Assembly (NCBI GenBank): GCA_965229115.1
Contig: CBDDIR010000002.1
Span: forward strand, 32,410-96,409
Length of the DNA stretch: 64,000 nt
Direction: 5' to 3'
Origin: Hyphomonadaceae bacterium
GTDB lineage: Bacteria; Pseudomonadota; Alphaproteobacteria; Caulobacterales; Hyphomonadaceae
The translations under genes and the position numbers were made by a program. Below are positions 37,691 to 46,007 of the stretch, piece by piece. The notes under the pieces are model-generated. The model did not search any database. It was not told the origin of the DNA and saw nothing but the letters and a program-made list of their open reading frames with translations. Position 1 is the first letter of the stretch. The number at the start of each line of letters is the position of its first letter.

Positions 37691-38713
37691 TCAGGCCTTC
37701 TTGACGTCTACGGACACTTTCACAACATTATAAAGGGATACGTTTCCACCCGCAGCCTTGCCCGGATCAAACAATGCTAAGTTAAACCCCTCACTGACCG
37801 AGCTACGGTAAATGACGCCGTCGAATCCGCTCCTTTTTATGAATTCGCAAAGGTATTGGCTGGGTATGTAATCGATTGCCGCGCCCTGAGGAAGAACTGG
37901 CCGCGTTAGCTCCTCGCCGAGACGCTCCAGGAAAGGAAGATCAGCTCTAAGCTGGCCGATCTCGCTTGCATCGGAAAGGATAAAAGGAGACACCAGCTTG
38001 CGAGGGTGTCGCAAGTCAACTGCTCGTATGTTCGGAACAAAAAATTCTGCGACGCACGCTACCTCGCCTGTATGAGGACGCACTTCCGAAGCTGCCGTAT
38101 CTGGCAGTGATCCGAGATAGAGATACGGAATGCCAGCAGGGTTCGCTCTGCCATGCGAGGTCCTTCTCTTGGGAGGCGGTCCCATTTTGTCTATCGTGAA
38201 AGTCTCGTCATCTGTCCGGATGCGTGCTCTAAACCATTGCTCCGGCAATTCGGGAGCCAGCAATAAATCGAGCAGTTGACGAAGCCGGGCCTCATCAATG
38301 GTGACGTCTAGAAACCAACGATTCCTATACATCATCTCATCGCGCAACGTCTCCCACTTAGCCAGGCCCTCGCTCACATAGCTCGAAGACGGAACAAAAC
38401 GGTGGCGCACGACATCGCCGTTGTCGAGGATCTCGCCAAGCAGCTCTTTCGCATGGGCTAAGTCCATGGTGTGATGGGTAAAAAGCTCCCAGTCTTCCTT
38501 CATCCACTCGACAAGCGACTTTCCATTTTCTCGCGGCTCGTAGACGTTTACTAAGAGTTCGAACCAGGGCGAAAGCTGATTTGGCTCGACCAACAGAACG
38601 TCATCAGTTCCGCAGAAACTGCACTTTCCCTTGGCTGGGTTCAACGTAGGAAAAATGTCATCGCGAAGACCACGATCGTCAAAGCACTCCGGGCAGCAGT
38701 ATCTCTTCTCCAT
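37691..38713 (-). CDS. RES-domain protein with N-terminal CxxC..CxxC zinc-ribbon module
   Basis: The N-terminus is YCCPECFDD...GKCSFCGTD. The RES triad context is HGRANPAGIPYLYLG (R), AASEVRPH (E) and GVIYRSSVSEGFNLALF (S). The gene starts 8 nt after the upstream stop. Confidence 0.75.
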   Translation of the reverse strand: MEKRYCCPECFDDRGLRDDIFPTLNPAKGKCSFCGTDDVLLVEPNQLSPWFELLVNVYEPRENGKSLVEWMKEDWELFTHHTMDLAHAKELLGEILDNGDVVRHRFVPSSSYVSEGLAKWETLRDEMMYRNRWFLDVTIDEARLRQLLDLLLAPELPEQWFRARIRTDDETFTIDKMGPPPKRRTSHGRANPAGIPYLYLGSLPDTAASEVRPHTGEVACVAEFFVPNIRAVDLRHPRKLVSPFILSDASEIGQLRADLPFLERLGEELTRPVLPQGAAIDYIPSQYLCEFIKRSGFDGVIYRSSVSEGFNLALFDPGKAAGGNVSLYNVVKVSVDVKKA

Positions 38714-38721
38714 GGTCAGGC

Positions 38722-39657
38722 TCAGCCGAGAAACGCCGCCAGAGTTTCGATGTGGTGCTTCATACTCAGCTTTTTGACATAACCAAGTCCCGGGAAGTGC
38801 CCTTTCGCGTATAGGTCTCGGAATTCCGTGATCGCGCTGGTTTCGAGGAGCTTCGAATCCCCGCCTTCGAGTTTTTTGATTAGTTTTGCCAGAGCTTGTC
38901 CGAACTTGCCCGCCGGGTCCGTCGGAGTGCTATTCGTGTCCGAAACGAAATGGTAGATATACATGACATTGTCTTTGTCGGGGTCGATAAACGTAAGGTG
39001 GATTGCCACAGCGTAAGCGGGCCCGCCGCCTTCACTGTAGGCATCGCCGACCGTAAGAAAATCGCCGAACCCAGCCATGCCAAGCTCGCCATATGTGACA
39101 TGAAGGTCTGAGAACTCTTCGACAGGCGGATAGTCTGCATTCTTTTGGCGGTTAAAGCCGTCCCTGATAAGAACACGCTCGCCCGCACTAAAATGCTTCC
39201 AGTAGAGCAGCTTAGAGTGGCTATCGACGAACACGTTGGACATGCCGGGCAGTTCGGCACCGAATGCGGTAGCCAGCGCTTTCGGCTCAGTAAAGCCTGC
39301 GTGGACAAATACCGGATAATGATCAGCATGAGCGTGATAGCACGCAATTGCATCATCGACCGTCATGCTACTGCGCAACAAGATACCCGCAGCAACGGCG
39401 TCGTTACCGATGTATCCCTCTCTGAGCAGTTTCGTGATGTTAGCCCCATCCTCTTGGTGGTCACCATGATAAGGATTGATGATGACGACCGCCTGGCTTC
39501 CAGCATCACTTAGCGCTTTCAGGGCCTTCTCGAGGCCCCCAAGCGCCTCACGCACCGGCTCGATGATCGGAATAAAACCGCTTGATGCCAACAACGGCGC
39601 GGTTTCCCGCAACGTTATGAGTTCAAACTGCTTCCCACGAAAATACGGACGATACAC
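38722..39657 (-). CDS. sce7725 / T4 Beta-protein-like family protein
   Basis: GTG start 2 nt after the upstream stop. The N-terminal (M)YRPYFRGKQFELITLRE is recognised from memory as the sce7725/Beta_protein family signature. 311 aa. Confidence 0.5.
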   Translation of the reverse strand: MYRPYFRGKQFELITLRETAPLLASSGFIPIIEPVREALGGLEKALKALSDAGSQAVVIINPYHGDHQEDGANITKLLREGYIGNDAVAAGILLRSSMTVDDAIACYHAHADHYPVFVHAGFTEPKALATAFGAELPGMSNVFVDSHSKLLYWKHFSAGERVLIRDGFNRQKNADYPPVEEFSDLHVTYGELGMAGFGDFLTVGDAYSEGGGPAYAVAIHLTFIDPDKDNVMYIYHFVSDTNSTPTDPAGKFGQALAKLIKKLEGGDSKLLETSAITEFRDLYAKGHFPGLGYVKKLSMKHHIETLAAFLG

Positions 39658-39659
39658 TC

Positions 39660-40550
39660 TCAGCTCCAGGCCATCGCGATAGAAAGCGGCGTCTCGACGG
39701 CTTCGACCAACTTGATGTGTTCGGAGCGCTTGACGGGAATCGATATTGCCGCAGCCTGCAATGACTCGGGAAGTTGGTCAACAAGTTCAACCAGAGGAGT
39801 TAGGTTTCGAGTCCGCTTTAGTGTTCTAACCATCTCATTGTGAAGTATGCTGGGATCGAGATCGGCGAAAATCGTCCGAAGCGCGCCGTGAAGTTGGGTA
39901 TTCGGCACTTGTGGTATCTCCCGACCTAGCGCCTTAAGAATCGCTGCGGCTTCTGCAGACCGGAGAGATTCAAAAACAGTCTGCGGGCAAACCCTATCCG
40001 GACGATTGACGCCTTCGCGTTCCGTGGAAATTTGGTACCGCTTGGATAGGCATAAGACGCCTGTGTCTTCTGGCACTGCCGCGAGCACCCCCTCCACGTG
40101 ATCTTCGCTCGCAATCACGTTGACCTTCGCGAACACCTTTTTATAGTTCGCGACTTGGTTCGACAGCCTGGCCAACGAGTCCCGCTCAGACTTTATTTCG
40201 TAGACCGTCGCCGTCCCGTTAAGGATAACAAGATCTGCTTTGCAGGTCCCTGCACGGAATTCAGTTAGCATAGAGGCGGTGCGGAGCGAATGCGTGCCCA
40301 TCAAAATCTTATGGCTGATGGCGCTGCGGTAAATGTACTCATTGCGCTGCCCTGATACCCGCAGCACGGCGAATGCACGATCGAATGCGTCACCGACGCT
40401 CGCGCCGGCATCGCACAAACCCGCTAGCCCGACCTCGTCGGCCAATCGCCGGAATAGTCCCGAGCGCCCTTTCTTCGCCATTTCCCGAAAAACGGCTGAT
40501 GAGAATAGGCGCGACAAGACCACTAGCTCTGTTTTGTTGTTTCGTGCCAA
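39660..40550 (-). CDS. PD-(D/E)xK nuclease-fold protein, sce7726-like
   Basis: The core is MLTEFRAGTCKADLVILNGTATVYEIKSERDSLARL (E..D..ExK). The start is uncertain: TTG 40548-40550 with an AGGAAA RBS was chosen, with alternatives GTG 40628 and ATG 40481. Confidence 0.55.
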   Translation of the reverse strand: MARNNKTELVVLSRLFSSAVFREMAKKGRSGLFRRLADEVGLAGLCDAGASVGDAFDRAFAVLRVSGQRNEYIYRSAISHKILMGTHSLRTASMLTEFRAGTCKADLVILNGTATVYEIKSERDSLARLSNQVANYKKVFAKVNVIASEDHVEGVLAAVPEDTGVLCLSKRYQISTEREGVNRPDRVCPQTVFESLRSAEAAAILKALGREIPQVPNTQLHGALRTIFADLDPSILHNEMVRTLKRTRNLTPLVELVDQLPESLQAAAISIPVKRSEHIKLVEAVETPLSIAMAWS

Positions 40551-40967
40551 TTCCGATTTCCTAGAGCGGCGCAATGGGTGACATTGTACAAGCCGCGCCC
40601 CTTCGGCGATATCGCCAAAATAGCGCACCTGAGATTTAATATGCCGCAGTTGGGATCAACCCGATGGCCAATCAAGACAGGCAACCGTGATCTCGGAATT
40701 GGCAACACGAAGCGCAGGCTTTGGGTAACTATGGCGAACAAAATCGGGGCCCCGAGGCCTTAACCTCGCCGGTAGGCCAAACGGGTTGCTTACTTTCGTT
40801 GATAAAGTAGTCGAACCTTCGGTTGAGATCTTGTCCATCGCCGAGAACACTCTAACGTGGCGGGATGAACTGTGGCCGTGTCGGCAGAACGACGCCGCGG
40901 CGCTGGTTGATTGATTTATATGACTTCGGCCTGGCAGGTATTGGCCCAGGATGTAAGCAGGATCGAG

Positions 40968-42047
40968 ATGACGTTTTTTCAGCAGAAGATCGAAAAGTGG
41001 CTGTTCAGAGAGGTCCCTGAGCGCGCGGTATCGCAGCCCTACGATCTTCCTGCGGTGGTGTTGACGACGGATGTCGGATTACAGCGGACCGAAAACCAGG
41101 ATCGCGTGGCCGCGTTTTCAATAGACGGCCCGAATGGAGATCGGCTTAAAGTCGTCGCGGTAGTCGATGGTATGGGAGGTATGCGTGATGGAGCAAAATG
41201 CGCCACGCTCGCTCTGACCAGCTTCTTTACTGGGCTCGCATCGTCTCGCGGTCACATCCAACAAAGAGCATATCGGGCGATATCGCTCGCCAACGACACC
41301 GTCTTCAAGTTCGCCGGCGGAAAGGGGGGCGCAACGCTTTCCGCTATTGTTATGGATAGCCGGGGGACGGCATACATCGTCCATCTCGGCGACAGTAGAG
41401 TGTACAGCTTCGGACACAACTCACGCGTCGAACGTCTTACGAAAGATGACTCGCTGGCCGAGGCCGTTGGCGGACATGGCCGAGAGCTCCTTCAGTTCGT
41501 CGGAATGGGTCCGGAAATGCAGCCCTTCCTGAGCGAGGTCCCAAAAGAAACGAGGAATCTAGCTATCACAAGTGATGGCATTCATTTCATTGAGGCGCCG
41601 ACACTGCAGAGTGTGCTTCTCAACTCGTCAACTATCCGAAGCGCCGCCGAGCGACTCGCCGCCTTAGCGCGCTGGTGCGGCGGGCCCGACAACGCTTCTG
41701 GCGCATTCATAGACCTGCCGTTGCTTGCCCAGGAAATACATTCACCATCGTTAGTTAGCGCTCAGATTTGGGACCCATTCGGTAGTCTCAGTTTTAATAT
41801 GGAACCGGACGATCCCGGTGAATTGAGCAATTTCCACCAAAAGCCACTGCAAAATTTCGAGGGCGAAAACGAAGCAAAAAGTCCGCACCTTGACGACAAA
41901 AAATCGCCCCGCGATCCCCAGGTTCAGCGCGGCACGAAAAAGAATACTAAGCGGAAGAAAAAAGAAAGTGTCCCCAAACAGGACATACAGCTCGAAATAA
42001 AAATTGAGGGGAACTCGGGGGAAGAGAACGGTGATAATCGCCAATAG
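40968..42047 (+). CDS. PP2C-family Ser/Thr phosphatase
   Basis: Motifs are RTENQDR, VVDGMGGM, HLGDSRVY, ITSDGI and GGPDNAS, followed by a Lys-rich C-terminal tail. The start was chosen at ATG 40968 (AGGA RBS). The track ORF starts at 40911. Confidence 0.8.
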   Translation: MTFFQQKIEKWLFREVPERAVSQPYDLPAVVLTTDVGLQRTENQDRVAAFSIDGPNGDRLKVVAVVDGMGGMRDGAKCATLALTSFFTGLASSRGHIQQRAYRAISLANDTVFKFAGGKGGATLSAIVMDSRGTAYIVHLGDSRVYSFGHNSRVERLTKDDSLAEAVGGHGRELLQFVGMGPEMQPFLSEVPKETRNLAITSDGIHFIEAPTLQSVLLNSSTIRSAAERLAALARWCGGPDNASGAFIDLPLLAQEIHSPSLVSAQIWDPFGSLSFNMEPDDPGELSNFHQKPLQNFEGENEAKSPHLDDKKSPRDPQVQRGTKKNTKRKKKESVPKQDIQLEIKIEGNSGEENGDNRQ

Positions 42048-43080
42048 GTACCAGCCGACAGGAAATACCGACGCGGGGGGCATGGGAGAAATCTTGGAAT
42101 GCGTCGACCTTCACCTGAAACGGCGGGTGATCGTGAAACGATTACAGCTGGGCATTGACGAAAGACGCTTGCTCGATGAGCAAAAAGCGCTGGCTAAAGT
42201 GCGGTCCAAGCATGTTGTGCAACTCCACGACATTGTAGAGCTCGGTTCGGGCAAAAAATCAGAAAAAGCGATCGTGCTTGAGTACATCGACGGCAATAAT
42301 CTCGCCATCGGTGCGTTCGCACCCGATCGCACCTACCTCGGTGTAATTTGGCAGATCGCTTGCGGATTGCGAGATATCCATGACGCGGGAGTCATTCACC
42401 GCGATATCAAACCTAACAATATCCGTCTCGATAAAGAAGGCGTGGTCAAGATCATTGATTTTGGACTCGCCCGCTCACGAGACGAGGCGAAGACACGAGG
42501 GGTGGTTGGCACCCCAGTTTTTATGGCGCCAGAGCTTTGGGGCAGCGACACGGTGAGCTTCAACAATTCAATAGACGTCTACGCATTCGGTGTGACCGCC
42601 CTCGCCCTACTGAACCAGAGGGTTCCGACAGAACTCGGAAGCATGCCGCCCAAACCAGTGTCTGTCCCCGCGCTGATCAGCGCCTTTCCGAAAATACCCA
42701 ATGAGATCATGGCCGTCCTCGTTTCTTGCCTTGACCATGCACCATCTCGCCGTCCGACGATGGCGACAGTTCAGAAAATAATCGAACGCCGGCTGCTCGA
42801 GAACGAGCATCGCGCACTTGTAGTGATGGATGGGAACATACACCATCTTGATAGTAAAAGACGCAAAATAACACTTAATGCCGGCTCCGTTGGATCGATA
42901 GCTATCGAATACAATGGCTACGAATTTGTTATTGTAACCGTAAGCGGCAGTGTCTTCATTAATAACACCGTAGCAAAGACAGGAACTTCGATGCCAGGTT
43001 GCTGTGTGATTACATTCGGAACCGGATCGAACAGACGGTTCGTCACTTTTGACGTCTCACATCCAGAGGTTATGCCATGA
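42031..43080 (+). CDS. Ser/Thr protein kinase with FHA-like C-terminal domain
   Basis: GTG 42031 overlaps the phosphatase stop. The Gly loop is TDAGGMGEI, with VIHRDIKPNNI, IIDFGLA and FMAPE. The C-terminal SGSVFINNTVAKTGTSMPGCCVITFG..RFVTFDV resembles a degenerate FHA beta-sandwich (weak). Confidence 0.8.
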   Translation: MIIANRYQPTGNTDAGGMGEILECVDLHLKRRVIVKRLQLGIDERRLLDEQKALAKVRSKHVVQLHDIVELGSGKKSEKAIVLEYIDGNNLAIGAFAPDRTYLGVIWQIACGLRDIHDAGVIHRDIKPNNIRLDKEGVVKIIDFGLARSRDEAKTRGVVGTPVFMAPELWGSDTVSFNNSIDVYAFGVTALALLNQRVPTELGSMPPKPVSVPALISAFPKIPNEIMAVLVSCLDHAPSRRPTMATVQKIIERRLLENEHRALVVMDGNIHHLDSKRRKITLNAGSVGSIAIEYNGYEFVIVTVSGSVFINNTVAKTGTSMPGCCVITFGTGSNRRFVTFDVSHPEVMP

Positions 43081-44147
43081 ACGTGGGGGACGAGATTTCA
43101 AACCGATATCGGGTTACAGACACGATTGGTAGCGGCGGCATGCAGGACGTTTACCTAGCCGAGGACCAACTACTTGGCGTTGACGTCGCGCTTAAGACGC
43201 CTCAGCCTGGACAACAGAACAAGCGCTTCTCCCAAAGTGCAATCATAGCTGCCAAAGTTAACCACCATAATGTTGCAAAGACGCTTGATTACGTCGAGGA
43301 AAATGGGCGGCTTTATCTTATTGAAGAGTATGTGCCCGGCGAAACGTTGGACCATAAACTGAACCGTTTTGGCGCGGTGGATCCCCATCTGGCAGCAAGA
43401 GTTTTTCATCACCTCTCTAAAGGCGTGGCGGCATCCCATCACGCCGGCGTTGTGCATCGTGATCTCAAACCGAGCAACGTGATTGCTGAACCTGGCGTCA
43501 ATCTGCACCATTTAAAAATCACTGATTTCGGAATTGCCACGCTGACCGCTGAGGTCTTTGCTGACGCTGCGAAAGATGGCGACCTAACCCGATCGACGTC
43601 GGGAACCATCAGGGGCGCGCTACCCTTCATGGCGCCTGAAATGATGTTTCGTGCCCCCGGCGACCATCCCGGCCCAGAAGCGGACATTTGGTCCCTCGGG
43701 GCGATGATGTTCAAAGTTATGACCGGTATCTATCCGTTTGGTGTCTACCTCCAAGCCGCGGTAAATGTGCAAACCCGCAATCGTGCTCCATGGCCAAGCT
43801 TTATGACAATCAACGCCCAATACAAGCCTCTCGCCATAGAATTGCAGTCGATCGTTGAGGCGTGCCTTTCATATGACCCTGAAGACCGACCAACAGCCGA
43901 CGATCTCGTTCGTCAAATTTCCGGAGTTTGCTACATCAATGTTCATCGAAGTGAAGGGGTGATCAATAATCTTATTCAGAACGGATACAGTGGCTTTATA
44001 GATGAAGGTGCTGATCCCGTCTTTTTTAGCATGGAGAGCGTGTACGGAGAACGGCGTCCGGCGGTCCGAAGCAACAATCGCGTATGCTATTCGAAGTTTC
44101 CCGGCTCTCCAAGACACCGGGGTCATCCTATTGTAGTTATCGACTAA
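43077..44147 (+). CDS. Ser/Thr protein kinase with cold-shock/OB-like C-terminal domain
   Basis: It makes an ATGA overlap with the upstream kinase. Motifs are IGSGGMQDVY, VALK, VVHRDLKPSNV, ITDFGIA and FMAPE. The C-terminal EGVINNLIQNGYSGFIDEGADPVFFSMESV resembles a CSD (GxVKxFxxxKGFGFIxxxxxDVFxH). Confidence 0.85.
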   Translation: MNVGDEISNRYRVTDTIGSGGMQDVYLAEDQLLGVDVALKTPQPGQQNKRFSQSAIIAAKVNHHNVAKTLDYVEENGRLYLIEEYVPGETLDHKLNRFGAVDPHLAARVFHHLSKGVAASHHAGVVHRDLKPSNVIAEPGVNLHHLKITDFGIATLTAEVFADAAKDGDLTRSTSGTIRGALPFMAPEMMFRAPGDHPGPEADIWSLGAMMFKVMTGIYPFGVYLQAAVNVQTRNRAPWPSFMTINAQYKPLAIELQSIVEACLSYDPEDRPTADDLVRQISGVCYINVHRSEGVINNLIQNGYSGFIDEGADPVFFSMESVYGERRPAVRSNNRVCYSKFPGSPRHRGHPIVVID

Positions 44148-44218
44148 TATGGCGCGGCTAGGCAGCCGCCGATATGTTGGTCAGGACATAGAAGCCGGCA
44201 AGCAAAAGTTGTTGCCGG

Positions 44219-45172
44219 CTATGCTACGTCCCTTCGCCCAGCTGTTTCACTTTTAGGCTGCCAGAATTTAACCCAAACTAAGAGGCGACTCATCCAATAG
44301 GTTGAACGACGGCGTGGCAATTCAGTCTCTACCTTCGGAAATTCATCTTTGACGAGATCGACAAGTTGCCGAACATCGAACTTAGGGTCACCTACGGCGG
44401 TGGACGGATAATGAGGGCATGGCTTATCTGCTCTCCTGCGAAAACGCTCGGATGCCACCATTGTACCTTCGTTCGCGTCATAGGCAAAATATGCTGACCG
44501 CGCCGGCTTTCCGTGCCATGGCGTAAACAATTGAACAAGCAAACCGACGGCCGCAGAGGCTAGGACTCCGTTGGGCCACACGACCTGGGGTTTGCTGCCT
44601 GCCTCTCCGTATCGACCTGCCTCGTCAGCTAGAGCATTGTCAGTCACGATCCCAAGGCAGCGTAGGCAGGGAGCGCCGGGGGAAGACAGCACAACTTGTC
44701 CTGCAACCAGAAACTCATCACGCTCACCGAGACGATGCACGTCCATTCCCATGTCAATGTAAGGGATCAGGAAACGCCGGCAGAATGCTTCGAGTTCGCT
44801 CTTGGCAATGATGCGGTCAACACCGCCAACGACGATGTCACAAATCCGGAGCTTGTCTGCAACCTCTTGCCATTTAGCCTTGTGGCAGGATACGCGGGCA
44901 TTTGGATTGACGCTCATGATCACGCGTTTGGATATTTCTGTTTTAGCACGTCCTTCGGCGACATCTGCCCACGTTCCGCCAACCAGCCGATTGAGGTTGC
45001 TATCGGAGATCACGTCGTCATCGATGAGGACAAACCCGCCAATACCCAGATGTGCCAACTGCTGAACGACATGCGAATTGCCGCCGCCAAGGCCAACAAG
45101 ACCCACAGTTAGATCGTTGAGATTTTGAGTGCTATCTTCTCCCAGGAAGCTCTGCCGATCCTGCCAAGTCAT
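44219..45172 (-). CDS. bilD: ThiF/E1-like adenylyltransferase (Bil-like system E1)
   Basis: The Rossmann/E1 signature is VGLVGLGGGNSHVVQQLAHLGIGGFVLIDDDVISDSNLNRL, plus a CLRC motif. It is the last gene of a four-gene ATGA-coupled operon. Confidence 0.7.
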   Translation of the reverse strand: MTWQDRQSFLGEDSTQNLNDLTVGLVGLGGGNSHVVQQLAHLGIGGFVLIDDDVISDSNLNRLVGGTWADVAEGRAKTEISKRVIMSVNPNARVSCHKAKWQEVADKLRICDIVVGGVDRIIAKSELEAFCRRFLIPYIDMGMDVHRLGERDEFLVAGQVVLSSPGAPCLRCLGIVTDNALADEAGRYGEAGSKPQVVWPNGVLASAAVGLLVQLFTPWHGKPARSAYFAYDANEGTMVASERFRRRADKPCPHYPSTAVGDPKFDVRQLVDLVKDEFPKVETELPRRRSTYWMSRLLVWVKFWQPKSETAGRRDVA

Positions 45173-45678
45173 GAGGCGCTCCAGTCTGCCCGAATAGGAG
45201 CAGAAATTCTCTTGAAGGAAGTGATCGGCATCGCCGGACGATCTCCTGCCGTCCAGAGCAATCCGTGAACGGAATCGTCGCTCAGCACGAGAAGGCCATG
45301 GGGCATCCGTGGCGCAGTCTCGAAAAACCCTGGCACAAACGTCACAGCGCTATCCAAGTCAATGCGGCTAAAGCCAGGGCGACCGTGGCCGCCGTGGGTG
45401 TGGACATGAAGAAGGGAGCTCGGCGGCCGATAGCTGGCTTGTGCAGCCTTTCTCATTGCATTCGAGCCGATCTGAGCGCCGACCTTCGGATGCCGCTCAT
45501 AATCCTCGTCTTCCACGGCCTGATATCCGCGGACTAGCAACATGATCCCACCTTGCCCGTCGGAAGCTGCTGCAGCGATTAGAAATCCAACCCGCTCATG
45601 AGCGAATGGATGGGGGCGATGGAGATCCGCTCGAACTTTATCGAGAAGATCTCCATTGATTTTCAGACAGACATTCAT
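45169..45678 (-). CDS. bilC: JAB/MPN metalloprotease (Bil-like system deubiquitinase-type)
   Basis: The JAMM motif is LLHVHTHGGHGRPGFSRIDL (HxH...SxxD), with an upstream Glu in FAHERVGFL. Confidence 0.7.
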   Translation of the reverse strand: MNVCLKINGDLLDKVRADLHRPHPFAHERVGFLIAAAASDGQGGIMLLVRGYQAVEDEDYERHPKVGAQIGSNAMRKAAQASYRPPSSLLHVHTHGGHGRPGFSRIDLDSAVTFVPGFFETAPRMPHGLLVLSDDSVHGLLWTAGDRPAMPITSFKRISAPIRADWSAS

Positions 45679-46007
45679 TGCAGAGGCCCCAGATGCGCGG
45701 CGAGAATTTCATCCCATCCCAACGACGCCGCGACACCGTTCCATGACATGGCGTGCCAAGTGGTTCCCGCGACGGTATGCGTCGTCCAGTTTTGCCCGCG
45801 ATTGAGGAAGGGTTTGTCGAGAAACAAGCGTGTGGAATATCCGCTATGATAGCCCAGCATAAGAAGAGCATCGACGGCAACGCGGCCACCCGCATGCTTG
45901 ATCTTGAGCCCTGGCAGGAAGACAGCCGGCTGGCCGCCCTCCTGCCAAAGTTCGGCTTTGGGGCAGATTTTGCGGAGCTTCTGTAGTTCGATCGTAGGGC
46001 TACTCAT
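45675..46007 (-). CDS. bilB: Prokaryotic E2/UBC-like protein (divergent)
   Basis: 110 aa, positioned between the multi-Ubl and JAB genes. LPGLKI..LLMLGYHSGYSTRLFLDKP...WHAMSWNG loosely resembles the Prok-E2 family that accompanies multi-ubiquitin genes. It has only one Cys, at residue 15. Confidence 0.45.
   Translation of the reverse strand: MSSPTIELQKLRKICPKAELWQEGGQPAVFLPGLKIKHAGGRVAVDALLMLGYHSGYSTRLFLDKPFLNRGQNWTTHTVAGTTWHAMSWNGVAASLGWDEILAAHLGPLQ

Noticed and set aside
44151-44170. Hairpin GCGGCT-aggc-AGCCGC between the convergent kinase-2 and E1 genes as a bidirectional terminator
   Set aside because: The stem is only 6-7 bp and there is no U-tract on either strand. That is insufficient to call a terminator.
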